NCBI RefSeq assembly: GCF_006345805.1
Contig: NW_021834948.1
Span: 1 to 43,833 of the forward strand
Direction of reading: 5' to 3'
From: Octopus sinensis
Lineage: Eukaryota
Length of the DNA stretch: 43,833 nucleotides
Each line of letters opens with the position of its first letter. Position 1 is the first letter of the stretch. This document shows positions 12,426 through 24,515 of the stretch, one piece after another. The position numbers and the translations under genes were made by a program. Under the pieces are notes generated by a model. That model saw only the letters and a list, made by a program, of their open reading frames with translations. It was not told the DNA's origin and ran no database searches.

Positions 12426-12707
12426 CTTCTATATTTTAATTATTATAAATCTTCCATTATGTATGCCTGTGTGTATTCTAATTTATATGTATGCATGAAT
12501 GTATGTGTGCATGTATATATGTATGCATGTGTGTATGTATGAGTGTATATATGTATGTAATTATGTATGTATGTATGTATGTGTTTATATTATTGTTTAA
12601 TGAGCAGTGACTTCGCAGAGTTTTGGCCACCTGTAGCGCTCAGTCGGAATGTAAGAGGTACAGGTTGCCATTCTATCTAGAGGTTTTATTTTCTCACTAG
12701 AAAATAA

Positions 12708-12867
12708 GGCGTAGGCGTTACTGTATGATAAGAAGCCTGCTTTTCAATGGCATGGATCTGTGTTCAATTCCACCGCGTGGAACATTGAGCCAGTGTCTTC
12801 TACTATAGTGGATTTGGTAGACGGAAACTGAAAGTAGACCGTTGCATATGTGTATGTGGTGGGGCGT

Positions 12868-12941
<74 letters not shown>

Positions 12942-13115
12942 TGTGTACGTGTGTGTCCGCCCTGCAACACTGTTCATTGTGTAACCATCTATGAAACTTA
13001 AAGGTTCGGCAAAACAAAGATAGGTTTCTAAAATATAAGAACTGGCGTTGATTCATTTGACTAGAAGGCGCTGTACAAGCACGGCCGTATTCTACTGACC
13101 GTAATAAGTACAATA
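12708..13115 (+). mobile_element. SINE family B, full length, with internal (GT)n
   Basis: Head ggcgtaggcgttactgtatgataagaagc, B-box-like gtgttcaattcc, CORE-like cattgagccagtgtcttctactatag, gtggatttggtagacggaaactgaaag, (GT)n at 12868-12955, 3' part ggttcggcaaaa...gactagaaggcg. Confidence 0.85.
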
Positions 13116-13149
13116 CATAGACAGACAGCCAGCCAGACAGACAGCCAGC

Positions 13150-13178
13150 CAGACAGACAGACACAGAGAAGATAGATG

Positions 13179-13247
<69 letters not shown>

Positions 13248-13262
13248 GTAGGTAGATAGATG

Positions 13263-13357
<95 letters not shown>

Positions 13358-13360
13358 GGA
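13150..13360. repeat. (GATA)n microsatellite
   Basis: Direct reading. Confidence 0.95.
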
Positions 13361-14537
13361 CAGACAGACAGGCAGATAGACACTCAGAGAGAGACAAACG
13401 AAAGGAAAGAGTATGCGACTAGTTTTGTTCGGTTTAAGATATTTCGTAGGATTGACGCTGTGGGTTCAATCCTTTAGCAAGGTACCCAAGAATGGTGATT
13501 TCAACGATAACCTGAATTACCCACTAATTCCCCCTGTCAAAGACATTTGGTATACGGAATCTTTTAAGAGGCAGGTTTTGTAAAAACGCGCCGGAGTGGT
13601 CGACTTAATCCATCACCTCCATTAAATCCTCTAATTCACCCTTGAGTACATTTTATGGAACGCTCTTGTTATAAGCGTCAGGTTTCCGTTCTGAGGAAGG
13701 ATTTCTTCCTTTCTGTAGACAGTCTTTGAGGTTTTGATTAAAAGAAAGCCATTGGCTCAGCTTGTCCCATCTCTCATTAATCCGTAATCATTTCCTTTTT
13801 AATTGCAACATTTAAATTAATTAACAGTTGATATACACAGTCTTGCAAATCTCTCTTCAACTGTTGCGTTTGGCACAACATCCAACATGAATAATGTCCT
13901 TCCGCAGCCTGTCTGGTTTTATGAAAATTTAAGAAAAATATCCCCAAAGACATGTGTGTGTGTGTATGTGTGTATGTGTGTGTGGTGTGTCTGCGTGTGT
14001 GTGTATGTGAGAGAGAGAGGCGGGAGTGGAGAGACAAAGAAGGAGAGAATATAGAAAAATAGAGCGTGTGAACCGTACATGTGTAAATGTACGTCGCCAT
14101 ATTGATGTCGCTTTGTTGCGTTTCGCTTTGAAGCCAACGAAACAAAAGAAAAAAGTAATTTGTACAATTTGTCATTGGTGACAACATGTCAAGTTACAGC
14201 GTGGAAGAGTCGAAGCATATTAATAAATACAACAGCAAAAACAACCGCAAGAAGAATAGTATGATGATAATAACATCAATATCAATAATAATAAAAATAG
14301 TATTAATAACAATAATAATAATAATTAACCATAATAATAATATAATAATAATATAATAATAATAATAATAATATAATAATATAATAGCAACAACAATAAT
14401 AATAGTAACGGCTTCAAATTTTGGTACAAGCTAGAATTTTGGGGGAGGATTAGGCTAGTTACATATACATACATGCATACATACATACATATATACATAC
14501 ATACATGCATACATATATAGCTACATATATATATATA

Positions 14538-14578
<41 letters not shown>

Positions 14579-14794
14579 TGTGGTGACAACTATATACATG
14601 TCTGTATGTGTATGTGAGTATATGTGCGTGCGTGTGTACAGCGGTTATATCTGTAGATCCAGGATAGGATCTGATAGGATCTATAATTTTGCTTTGATTG
14701 ATCTCTCGTGAAAGATTGATAATATTAATCACACTATCAGTAATCTGCTCGAGTCGATTAAATTGGCAGTTATAGATCCAAAAGGGAAACATCT

Positions 14795-14950
14795 ATGGGG
14801 TAGGACAGTCTGCTAAAAATAGGAGATAAATATCCTCAAACCTCACCCAAGTGCTCTAACCGCGCACATAAGATGATAGAGTGGTAGATATATTATAAAT
14901 ATTAAAAAACGCAGGATAGGTACAGCTGGGACGTTTTTGATCATATATCT
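14795..14950 (+). mobile_element. SINE-like repeat family D fragment
   Basis: ctgctaaaaataggagataaatatcctcaaacctcacc ... tttttgatcata, related to 15235-15430 and 33140-33260. Confidence 0.5.
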
Positions 14951-15234
14951 TGCCCTTAAGGGCGACCTTGCTGTCAAATACCTTAAATCACAGCCTATTG
15001 TGTGGTGAAGGGGCTGACACCCAGGGACATCGTAGTCCATGTGACACCGATAGAATTTTGAAAGTGGAGGATCACATGGCATAATAATATACATTCAAAT
15101 GTACAAAATGGCGTGATGGTCAAGGGTGGAACCCTCCCTTACAAGTAACCACAGACAAATCATAATCAACAACAAGAATAACAACAGCTGCACCATTTTA
15201 AAAAATAGCCAATGAGAGTATCTCCTAAGTTATC

Positions 15235-15430
15235 CTTCGATTTGCTTGAAATAACAACCAAAGCCATCTCAAATTAAGCTCTGTCGTCTTAAGAAAAGGA
15301 AGGCCAAATTAGAAAACGGAATCCGCTGTCTGAAACTAACAAAACCACCGGCTTGGCTATCGATAGAACACGTTTGATCATGGTCTGTCCGGTCTGGGTT
15401 GGTCTGGTGTTAAACAACAACAACACCAAC
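15235..15430 (+). mobile_element. SINE-like repeat family D fragment with (AAC)n tail
   Basis: ttgcttgaaataacaaccaaagccatctcaaatt ... tttgatcatggtctg ... ttaaacaacaacaac. Confidence 0.6.
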
Positions 15431-15449
15431 AATAACAACCACAACGAGA

Positions 15450-15660
15450 AAACTAATTAGCTTTGTATGTATTTGCATGAAATCATTATTTGTTAATTTA
15501 CATATTAATTAGCATAATGGGGGAGATTATTCTGTCATCTGTCAGCTGTCAGCTGTTCCGCTAACATCCAATCATCAACAATGTCTACAAGCTAATTAAC
15601 AGCCGATGAACAATTAACAAATTACTTTACTATTTCATCACACAACTATTTGCATCATTT
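15450..15660. promoter_or_regulatory. Candidate enhancer: POU octamer, tandem E-box/TALE, Sox and homeodomain motifs
   Basis: ATTTGCAT at 15471 and 15648, TAATTAGCATAAT at 15506, CATCTG-T-CAGCTG-T-CAGCTG at 15536-15555, AACAATG at 15577. Motif evidence only. Confidence 0.3.
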
Positions 15661-16110
15661 ATCTTTCAAATCTCACAATCTCTCACGCGCGTCGCTCCAT
15701 CCTTTCTCGTTTCTCTCTTTTTCTCTCTCTCTCTCTCTCTCTTTATCTCTCTCTCTCTCTGTTTTTTTTTTTTGCTCTACTGCACTTTCTCCTTCACTCC
15801 ATCTCTCTCTCCTCTCTCTCTCTCTCTCTCTGCGACGTCTCCCTAAGTGTGTGCGTATCTGTCTATGTACGTGTTTCATTTTATGGTGTTCGCATACATA
15901 TATGTATGTGTGTGAGTGTCTCTGTGTGTGTGCGTGTGTGTGTGTATGTGTGTGTGAGAGTTTGTGTGTGAGAGAGTGTGTGTGTGATGTGGGTGGGAAT
16001 GTACGGAGTGTGTGCGTGTGTGGTTCAGTGGCTTAAGTGCGTTAGGAACTGCCTTGTCCACTCAACCTCGCTTCTATTTCATTATACATATAATGTACGA
16101 GGATGAATAG

Positions 16111-16319
16111 TGGCTTCAAATTTTGCCACAAGGGCAGCAAAAGAGGACGAGTCGATTAAATCGACCCTCTCAGTGTTCAACTTGTACTTAATTTATCGAC
16201 CCCGAAAGGATGAAAGGCAAAGTGGACCTTGGCGGAATTTGAACTCAGAACGTCACGGCAGACGAAATACCGCGAAGTATTTCGCCCAAGTGCTAACGAT
16301 TCTGCCAGCGGGCTGCCTT
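16111..16319 (-). mobile_element. SINE family A, full length
   Basis: Clear A-box-like ctggcagaatcgttagc, B-box-like gagttcaaattcc and core tttcatcctttcggggtcgataaattaagtac on the minus strand. Confidence 0.92.
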
Positions 16320-16324
16320 AACAA

Positions 16325-16527
16325 TGAGAAGAAGAAGAAGAAGAAGAAGAAGAAGAAGGAAGAGGAGGAGGAGAAGAAGAAGAAGAAAAAGAGAGAGAAG
16401 AGGAGGAGAAGAAGAAGAAGAAGAAGAAGAAGAAGGAGGAGGAGGAGAAGAAAGAAGAAGAAGAAGAAGAAGAAAAGGAGAAGAAGAAGAAGAAGAAGAA
16501 GAAGAAGAAGAAGAAGAAGAAGAAGAA
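16325..16527. repeat. (AAG/GAG)n polypurine tract
   Basis: Direct reading. Confidence 0.95.
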
Positions 16528-17308
16528 ACCAAAATCATTATGTTAAAGGCATATACAAGATTATACAACGTGCATCGCTTTTATGCATAACACGAAATAT
16601 ATGCGTGTGTGTGTGTGTGTATGAACTCCCACAACCCTCACACACATTATACTTACATAGAAAAACATACATATACACATATGTTTATTCTATCAAAAGT
16701 TTCTATTCTCAAATTCGCCCTTTACATCTGTGTTCGTGACAGTCCTGAATCTCCTTCAAAAGAGTTGTTCTAGTCCTTCTTCAAATATTTCAGAACGTGT
16801 GTGTGAGTTATTCATATCTGACTTTAAATGAACATCACATCAGAGCAGCAAATAGGGCGGGTGAGATTTCATGTTGAAACAGAAACTATTGCATCATGGA
16901 AGAATCATATTTAGCGATATCAGAACACGGAAAAATGTTACCGTCACATTTTCCAATCATATTTTTTTGCCAGGACATTTTAATGAAAGAATGGTCTCTG
17001 ATGACCGATAGATACCTACTACTACTGTGTACGTAACACAGAAAGGTTTGTTACGGTATATCAATTAGGCTGGAGATACTGAAAGTAGTGATGCACAAAT
17101 TAGTATTTCTGTCATTGTATCAAATTAGTATAGCTGTCATTGTATCAAAAAATACACAAGGAAAATACTAATACATTACGTTATACAGATCTGGGTAGTA
17201 TAAGTAATAAAATATGAAAGCGTAACACTCCTTTGACTAAGACCTGTCTTTATGTAACGTAACAGTGGCGTATGACTGGTCTCATTTGAGCCTTTTGAAG
17301 GCTATGTA

Positions 17309-17309
<1 letters not shown>

Positions 17310-17360
<51 letters not shown>

Positions 17361-17530
17361 TACTACTATTATTATCATTATTATTATTACTACTACTACT
17401 ACTATTATTATTATTATTATTATCATTATTATTATCTTATTATCATTATTATCATTATTATTATTATACTATTTTATTATTATTATTATTACTATTATGT
17501 TTTGTTATTATTATATTATTATTATTATTC
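17310..17530. repeat. (ATT)n microsatellite
   Basis: Direct reading. Confidence 0.95.
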
Positions 17531-18094
17531 ATTCGATTGTTTTGATTGTTTTCTATTCATTTCCTCGTATAATGTGCTGCGATTGGTTTTTGTTGTGTAG
17601 ATGCATAGTTAGTGGACAGGAAAGCGTTCTTCTCGTTTGACCTATGTTATGCTGTATGAAATGTTGTTTACGGAATTTACGCTTTCATGAAAGGCGATCA
17701 ATTGCTTTGGATAATTCAATTAAATTATGAATGTATAGATTTCTTATCAATAAGTATCTTTTGTATAAACCCAGCAATTATTACTTTTCTTTTCGGGCGG
17801 ACGTGAGGAGGGGGTTACATTTACTAATAAAACTTTATCTATGAGGTGGCTACATGTTATTACTTTCGCAGTACAATTGGAGACGTGTTGCATTCTCTCT
17901 GAATCTTTTCGTTTATATCTCTGTTTAAATCTCTTATTTATCTTATGTCTTCTGCCCACCCACTCTCCTTCTCTCTCTATCATCCATTCTCAGTTTCCCG
18001 CCTATTCTTGCGTTCTCTTTTTCTCTTCTCTCTTCTCTTTCTCTCCCTCCGTATATGCATTTGTGTACATATGTATATATACATACTTATATAG

Positions 18095-18145
<51 letters not shown>

Positions 18146-19050
18146 CATATATATATGTCTCTCTTCTCTTTCTTTTCTCTTCCTCTTTCTCTCTCCTCTC
18201 TCTCTCCTCTCCCTTGATATATATATATATACATACTTGCATACGCGGTGGTTAGGCGGAAGTTCTTTCACCAAATTGAGATGTGTAACAAATATTTTAC
18301 GTCAAAGAAATTTAAGGATTCCGGAAACAGCAATCTTAACATCATTGATGAAGCAGTGAATAGAAAGGGGAAAGGGGGGAGATAAAAAGACGTAGAGAGG
18401 TGGGATGAGAAGGAGGAGGAATTGGAAGATGAGGATGAGGCGAGGCGTGAGGGAGGCGAGAGGATGTGGAGGAGGAGGTGGAGGAGGAGGAGGAGGAGGA
18501 GGTAGAGTAGAAAGGTGAGAGAGATACAGACAAGCGGTGTGAAAGAGAGAGCGAGAAATATAATGATACTGGAGATTAGGAAAATGAGAATAAAGCGAAG
18601 AACAACAACAACAACATGTACAACAAATTCAACAGTAACAACATCATCGCCAACAAAGCATGTTCAGCTGCACCATTACCAACACCATCACCACCATCAA
18701 CAACAGCAACAACAGCAACAACAATGATAACACTAACAACACGGAATATAAGAATATTATCATCAATGACATCAATAACGTTATGAACAAGACCAACAAT
18801 AATAACAAGATGGCGACGAGGAAAATGTGAGGAGATATACAGGAAGCTGACTGGTTAATCAAGCAATTGTGTTCGCTATTATTGGTTTATATAACTGTGA
18901 ATGGGAGTTGAAATTGTGATTATTGGCAGTAAGAGTTGCGCCGGGCATTTTACTGTCTTCTTTCTATCATAAGTCTTTCATAGACCAGCGAAAATAAAAA
19001 TAAAAGATAAACATTCAGTATTATTATTATTGTTATTATTATTATTATCA

Positions 19051-19208
19051 ATGCTTAGTTGCATTTCGTCCGTCCTTACGCTCTGAGTTCAAATTCCGCC
19101 AAGATCGTCTTCACCTTTCATCCCTTCTGGGTCGATAAATTAAGTACCAGTGAATCACTGGGGGTCGATATAATCGACTAGTCCCCTCCCCTCAAATTTC
19201 GGGCCTTA
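19051..19208 (+). mobile_element. SINE family A, 5'-truncated
   Basis: ctgagttcaaattccgcc ... cctttcatcccttctgggtcgataaattaagtaccag ... tcccctcccctcaaatttcgggcc. Confidence 0.9.
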
Positions 19209-19211
19209 ATA

Positions 19212-19250
<39 letters not shown>

Positions 19251-19274
19251 GTTGTTGTTGTTGCTGCTGTTTGT

Positions 19275-19466
19275 TATTCAGTAGTTCACTACCGAGCGCA
19301 GCTCTGTGTGCCTTGGGTATGTGCTGTGATTTGTTATGATGCTCTGATGGTTACTGTATTGAGAGTGTTCTGCGTAGGATGTGTGCAGTGCCTAGTAGTG
19401 CAATTGTCTCTATGTTATATATATTTGTAAGTCCTGGAGATTTTGTTATTATTTGTTCTGAATATT
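19275..19466 (-). mobile_element. R4/Dong-like retrotransposon (family 2), short 3' end
   Basis: Minus-strand translation KSPGLTNIYNIETIALLGTAHILRRTLSIQ* (stop at 19351-19353) plus a 3' UTR clearly homologous to 43260-43340. Confidence 0.88.
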
Positions 19467-19559
19467 ATTATATAATATATTTATTATTTTATTATTATAT
19501 TATTATTATTTATTATTATTATTATTATTATTATATTATTATTATTATTATTAATATTA

Positions 19560-19601
<42 letters not shown>

Positions 19602-19646
19602 CATTATTATTATTTATTATTATTATTATGATTATTATTATTATTA

Positions 19647-19678
<32 letters not shown>

Positions 19679-19700
19679 TATTATTGCTGTTGTTGTTGTG
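19467..19700. repeat. (ATT)n microsatellite, 5' flank of Dong-like fragment
   Basis: Direct reading. Confidence 0.95.
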
Positions 19701-21363
19701 TATTATTATATTGTTGCTTATATAGTTGCGTCAGTCAGACGTGTTGTATGCCGATGTCCAGCTTCGTATGTTTACCGTATAAAATTAAGAGAAAATGGCT
19801 TATTAAATGAATTATTAATTTATTTACATATAAAGGTAATTAATTAGACGGCAATTAATTCATTGATTTTCTTTTAATTTTTATTTTATAACTTTGAAGA
19901 CGGGCAAAATTGACCTGCGAATTTCAATTTCATTCTTCTTAAAGATACTTCAATCATACATTAATACAGATCATTTAACACACACACACATACACACACG
20001 TACACAGATAGACAGGCAGACAGACAGACAGATAGATATGCATAAATATAAACACATGCATCTAAATATATACGTACATAATCTTATTCTCTTTATCCTT
20101 TTTTCCTTTTCGATAAGATATACCAATTTTTTCAAAGTATCTTTCAAAAGCCCTCAAGAAGATGCTTCTTATGATTTATATTAATATTGTAAATATAAAA
20201 TGATATAAATAGGAAATTGGAAATGTTTGCACCATTACACGTGTTTCATTTGCTAATAGGAAATGGAAGATTGTACATTTTGGATAAAGGTGTAAAAATT
20301 TCCTATTAGAAATTTTTCAGACAATCACATAGTACAAAATTCACCTTTGGGCGAAGCGCTAATAGAAATATATGTTTGTGTGTGTATACTAACACTTATA
20401 CACGCCCCTACACTATACACACCACACCACACACACACACACACACCAACACACACACACACCACACACACACACGCATATACATATGTGAGTGTGTGTT
20501 TGTGTGCGTGCATGATAACTTCAACTATCCAACATTGCTTTTAGAAAAAATCCGCAGAGCAATTTATGTAAATGAAAGAGAAGCTCAAGCTTCTCTAATG
20601 ATGAAGCAAAAGTATGAACTCAATATGGCGTTATCGTCTGCAATAGAAAGAAACGATTAAATACCATCGGCCTACACAAAAACAAGCGCAAAAGGATGTC
20701 ACGTGACTGAATCCGATATATCCAATCAATATTAGGCACTTAGGTTAGAAATATATTCCCCCATCTTGTAAAATTAGACTTTCTCATAAATATAGCAAGA
20801 CTCCAACCTCGATCCTCCGAACACTAATTCGATAACAGATTATCATTCTTCAGCAATGAAAAACAAATGAATAATTCAAAGAATATTAACAAAACAAACC
20901 GCGACGATCATTCACAGAACGCATTCCTAGTCAACAGCAATTATTTAGAAAAATCAGTTATCTAAGCAGTCACTGTCACATTTCGCATTAATCACAATGT
21001 AATTGATTACACTGTCGTGACAGAAAATGACTTTAAGATTAGATATAATCAACATACATATACATTTAGATTATTACAAAGGCGACTTCACGTGAGCCTA
21101 ACAACACATACATGGTTTTGTTTGTTTATTTTTTGGGGTTTTTTTTTTCAATACTAATGTAACCTACAATATCAGTTGGCATATTTTATACCATCCAATT
21201 CTCTCTGTAATTTATGGAACAGGTCTTTATTTTTTTGTTTAAAACGAAATTCTGAAAACGTATATAGTTAATTTTTTCTTGTCTAAAGAAGCCAAAATTC
21301 CATCATACAGTGGTGGTTTTTCACTAAGAGTGAACCGAACTATGGGATAATGATATAGATTTT

Positions 21364-21635
21364 GTGAAGTCACGTGGCTTAGTGGTTAGGGTTCAACGCT
21401 GACGATCGCCAGATCATGGGTTCAATTACCTAAACGAGTGGTGTGTTGTGTTCTTGAGCAAAACCCTCCATTTCAAGTTGCTGCAGTCCACTCAGTAGTC
21501 AATGGGTCACCCTGCGACGAACTGGCCCTTCCGATCAGGGCCTGCTCGCCAGCAGGGTGGCATCGTCTCGAATCTAAAACGACGTGAAGTGCATTGTAAC
21601 CAGCGACGTACAAAACCATCCAGGATAGCCAGGTC
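21364..21635 (+). mobile_element. tRNA-derived SINE, family C
   Basis: A-box-like tggcttagtgg, B-box-like gggttcaattacc, CORE-like gtgttcttgagcaaaac...ttca, then aatgggtcaccctg...gggtggcatc shared with 25507-25700. Confidence 0.8.
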
Positions 21636-22262
21636 GATCAAGTGATTTTTATATCATTTTGTGGTATCTTAACACCTTACAATTTGTAACATCGACTGAC
21701 TCTTAAGTGAAGACATTGTTAGTTATCCAGATAATCTCATTTCAGAGAAACTGTAATGTCTCGTTTATATAAACAAGCTTTAAATCTGTTATATATAATT
21801 TAAACATTAAGTAACAATACAGCAGACGTGTAGACATATTTAATACATGAGCACACACACACGATTTCATAATTGAGACGTAAATGATGAGCGATTAGGA
21901 TGCCGAAAGGTTATTATAGAACTTCAGCCGGATACATAAGCACAAGTGAAATATGTATTAGCTATGATATATATTTGTATGGGTTGAATCAAACAACTGA
22001 TCCTACTCTATTTGATGAACAATGTGATGGCGAAACTTCAAGTAGTGATGCGAATACGTAGTGACGAATTTGCTAATAAATACAAAGAGTACACTTGAAG
22101 GAAGCATTGAGCTCTTCATTCTATTATAATTACTTTGAGTGCATAATATATCACATATATACATATGTATATATACATATATATATATACACACACAATA
22201 TATAGGAGCACCTAGATGCGTCGGCATATAGATGCATATATATATATATATATATATATAAC

Positions 22263-22296
<34 letters not shown>

Positions 22297-22299
22297 ATA

Positions 22300-22490
22300 T
22301 ATATAGTTGAAATTGAGAGAAAAGCAAAATACGAAGATAGGTGTATGGGCAACAAGTAGAAGTATTAGTTTGACGCTCGGGAAAGTGAAACAGTCTTTTA
22401 TATTTCGAGCCTACGCTCTTCAACAGAAAGAAATAACAGGAAATAAACAGGGAGAATGAAAAAAGCTTGTAGATTTAGCGATCAACCATT
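22300..22490 (-). mobile_element. Dispersed repeat resembling a Penelope-like element terminal repeat
   Basis: Homologous to 33520-33690 (gtattagt..acgctcgggaaa..gaaa...tttcgagcctacgctcttc.acagaaagaaa). The Penelope assignment rests only on the hammerhead-like motif. Confidence 0.55.
22394..22431 (-). ncRNA. Minimal type I hammerhead-like motif, variant core CUGUUGA
   Basis: Minus strand UCUUU-CUGUUGA-A-GAGC-GUAG-GCUC-GAAA-UA-UA-AAAGA: stem I 5 bp, stem II 4 bp, GAAA, UH site. Confidence 0.4.
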
Positions 22491-22715
22491 CAAGCATACA
22501 CACATATATAAATATATATATATGTATATACAGGGGAACATAGATGCATACATATATACTAACATGTGTTAGGACGCTCACGTTAGTGTGTATGGTTCTC
22601 AGTGTGTATATACATGCTTAAGCAAACTCTCAGATGCAAAAACCATATATTTATGTACTTGTAGATGAAACGAAATGTGTATATTATGTATGTATAAATA
22701 CATGTGTACATGCAT

Positions 22716-22773
<58 letters not shown>

Positions 22774-23245
22774 CATACGTGTGTGTGTGTGTGTACGGTT
22801 ATGCATATATATGTTTACGCAAAACTTAGCTTCACGAACGATGACATACACATGCATACATATGTGTATACATGTCTAAATGCGTCAGTGTGCGCGTGTT
22901 TAGATGTATGTGCGTGTATATATGTATATATGCTTGACAGTATGAATGGCTTGTGTGTGTGTTCGAGTGTGGATGGGTGTGAGCGCGCGAGCAAATGCAT
23001 AAGAACATATTTTGTAAGCCTACAATTACTGGTGTAAAAGTATGGAAGGAAATCAAACACACATATTTGCTTGTGTATATAATTTGATGTGTATATATAT
23101 TTGCCTGTGTATATAATTTCAATTGGGAACAATCGACATGGAATCGTTTTCCTACCATAATTGAAAGGTTTCCAGAGGAATCGAGAATACTTCCGGCGGC
23201 CATCTACACACACGCATATATTTGCATAAATATATATATATATAT

Positions 23246-23276
<31 letters not shown>

Positions 23277-23335
23277 ATATATATACATAAACGCACACAC
23301 ACATACACATACATACACCACACACACACCACACA

Positions 23336-23373
<38 letters not shown>

Positions 23374-23667
23374 AATATATTTGCATACATGTATACAGGA
23401 TATATTTGCGTTTTATTTTGTGTGTGTTCGCATGTGAATGCGTGCTCGTGCGTGTATAATTTTATCCGCCTGTGTATATGTGTGTGTGTGTGGGTGTGTG
23501 TGCATCTGAGTGAGATTGTGTATGTGCATGTGTATGTATGTATATGACTGTATAACATATTTCTGTATGTTATATGTTTGTGCATACGAATGTAGACAAA
23601 AATTTGCATATGTTTATGCATTGGAACATAGACAGAGAAAGAGAGAGAGAAGAGAAAAAGAGAGTCA

Positions 23668-23669
23668 GT

Positions 23670-23757
<88 letters not shown>
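23668..23757. repeat. (GATA)n microsatellite
   Basis: Direct reading. Confidence 0.95.
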
Positions 23758-23758
<1 letters not shown>

Positions 23759-24470
23759 ATCGCAGAGAACGAGAGAGTGTGATATATAGAGAAGCCAGCC
23801 GAACTAGAGACGTACAATGACGCAGAGAGCGACTAGTTTAATAACCGAGTCAATTACAGCCGATCTTTTGTGCTGCGAAACATCCGTCCGTGACAGATCA
23901 ACCGAGCTGGCTTTTCACCTGGATCGCTGCTACTTACGACTCTTGATATTTTCTGTGAACGGACGCTGATTAAACTGATGAGCACGACATGTGCTTCTGA
24001 GCTTGAAACACAGCAACTCTCCTTACACTATGTTAGAATTCACATCATGCCAGTCTGTAGTTTGTAGGTTTAATAATTACACTGCCTGCTCGTGTGCGCC
24101 AATATACATATATGTGTGTGTGTGTGTGTCTATCAGTGAATGTGTGTGTGCGTGATTGTATATGTGTGCGTTTGTTTGGACGTTTGCGTGCGTGTGCAGT
24201 GAACGTGTGTGTGTGTGTATGTTTATGGCGTATAGGAATATGTATTTAGGTATACATTATATATATATATATGTGTGTGTGTGATGTATATATATATATA
24301 ATGCATGTATGTACATATATATATATATAACATATACATATATAAATATCTTACGCGCATATGTATTTATACAAGTAGATATGTGTATATGCATTGCATA
24401 TATATACAAACATATATATATATATATATATATACATATATACGTATATATATATCTAATATATATATAT

Positions 24471-24515
<45 letters not shown>

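Noticed and set aside
16794-16802. Apparent 9-nt microexon (tttcAG|AACGTGTGT|GTgagt)
   Set aside because: The donor arises from a (TG)n edge, exonic donor positions are non-consensus and there is no upstream UGC; expected by chance.
12102-17145. Short direct repeats (39 bp at 12102, 25 bp at 17096; also a ~32-bp period near 23057) as CRISPR-like arrays
   Set aside because: Two-copy tandem duplications without spacers in eukaryotic DNA; no cas genes.
18515-18727. ORF ending in poly-H/poly-Q, resembling a transcription-factor low-complexity region
   Set aside because: Continuous with degenerate (CAA/CAC)n and (GAG)n tracts on both sides; no convincing splice sites or domain.
23975-24010. CTGATGA-GCAC..GTGC...GAAAC hammerhead-like text
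   Set aside because: Ten unpaired nucleotides separate stem II from GAAA, and no stem I or III with a UH site can be drawn.
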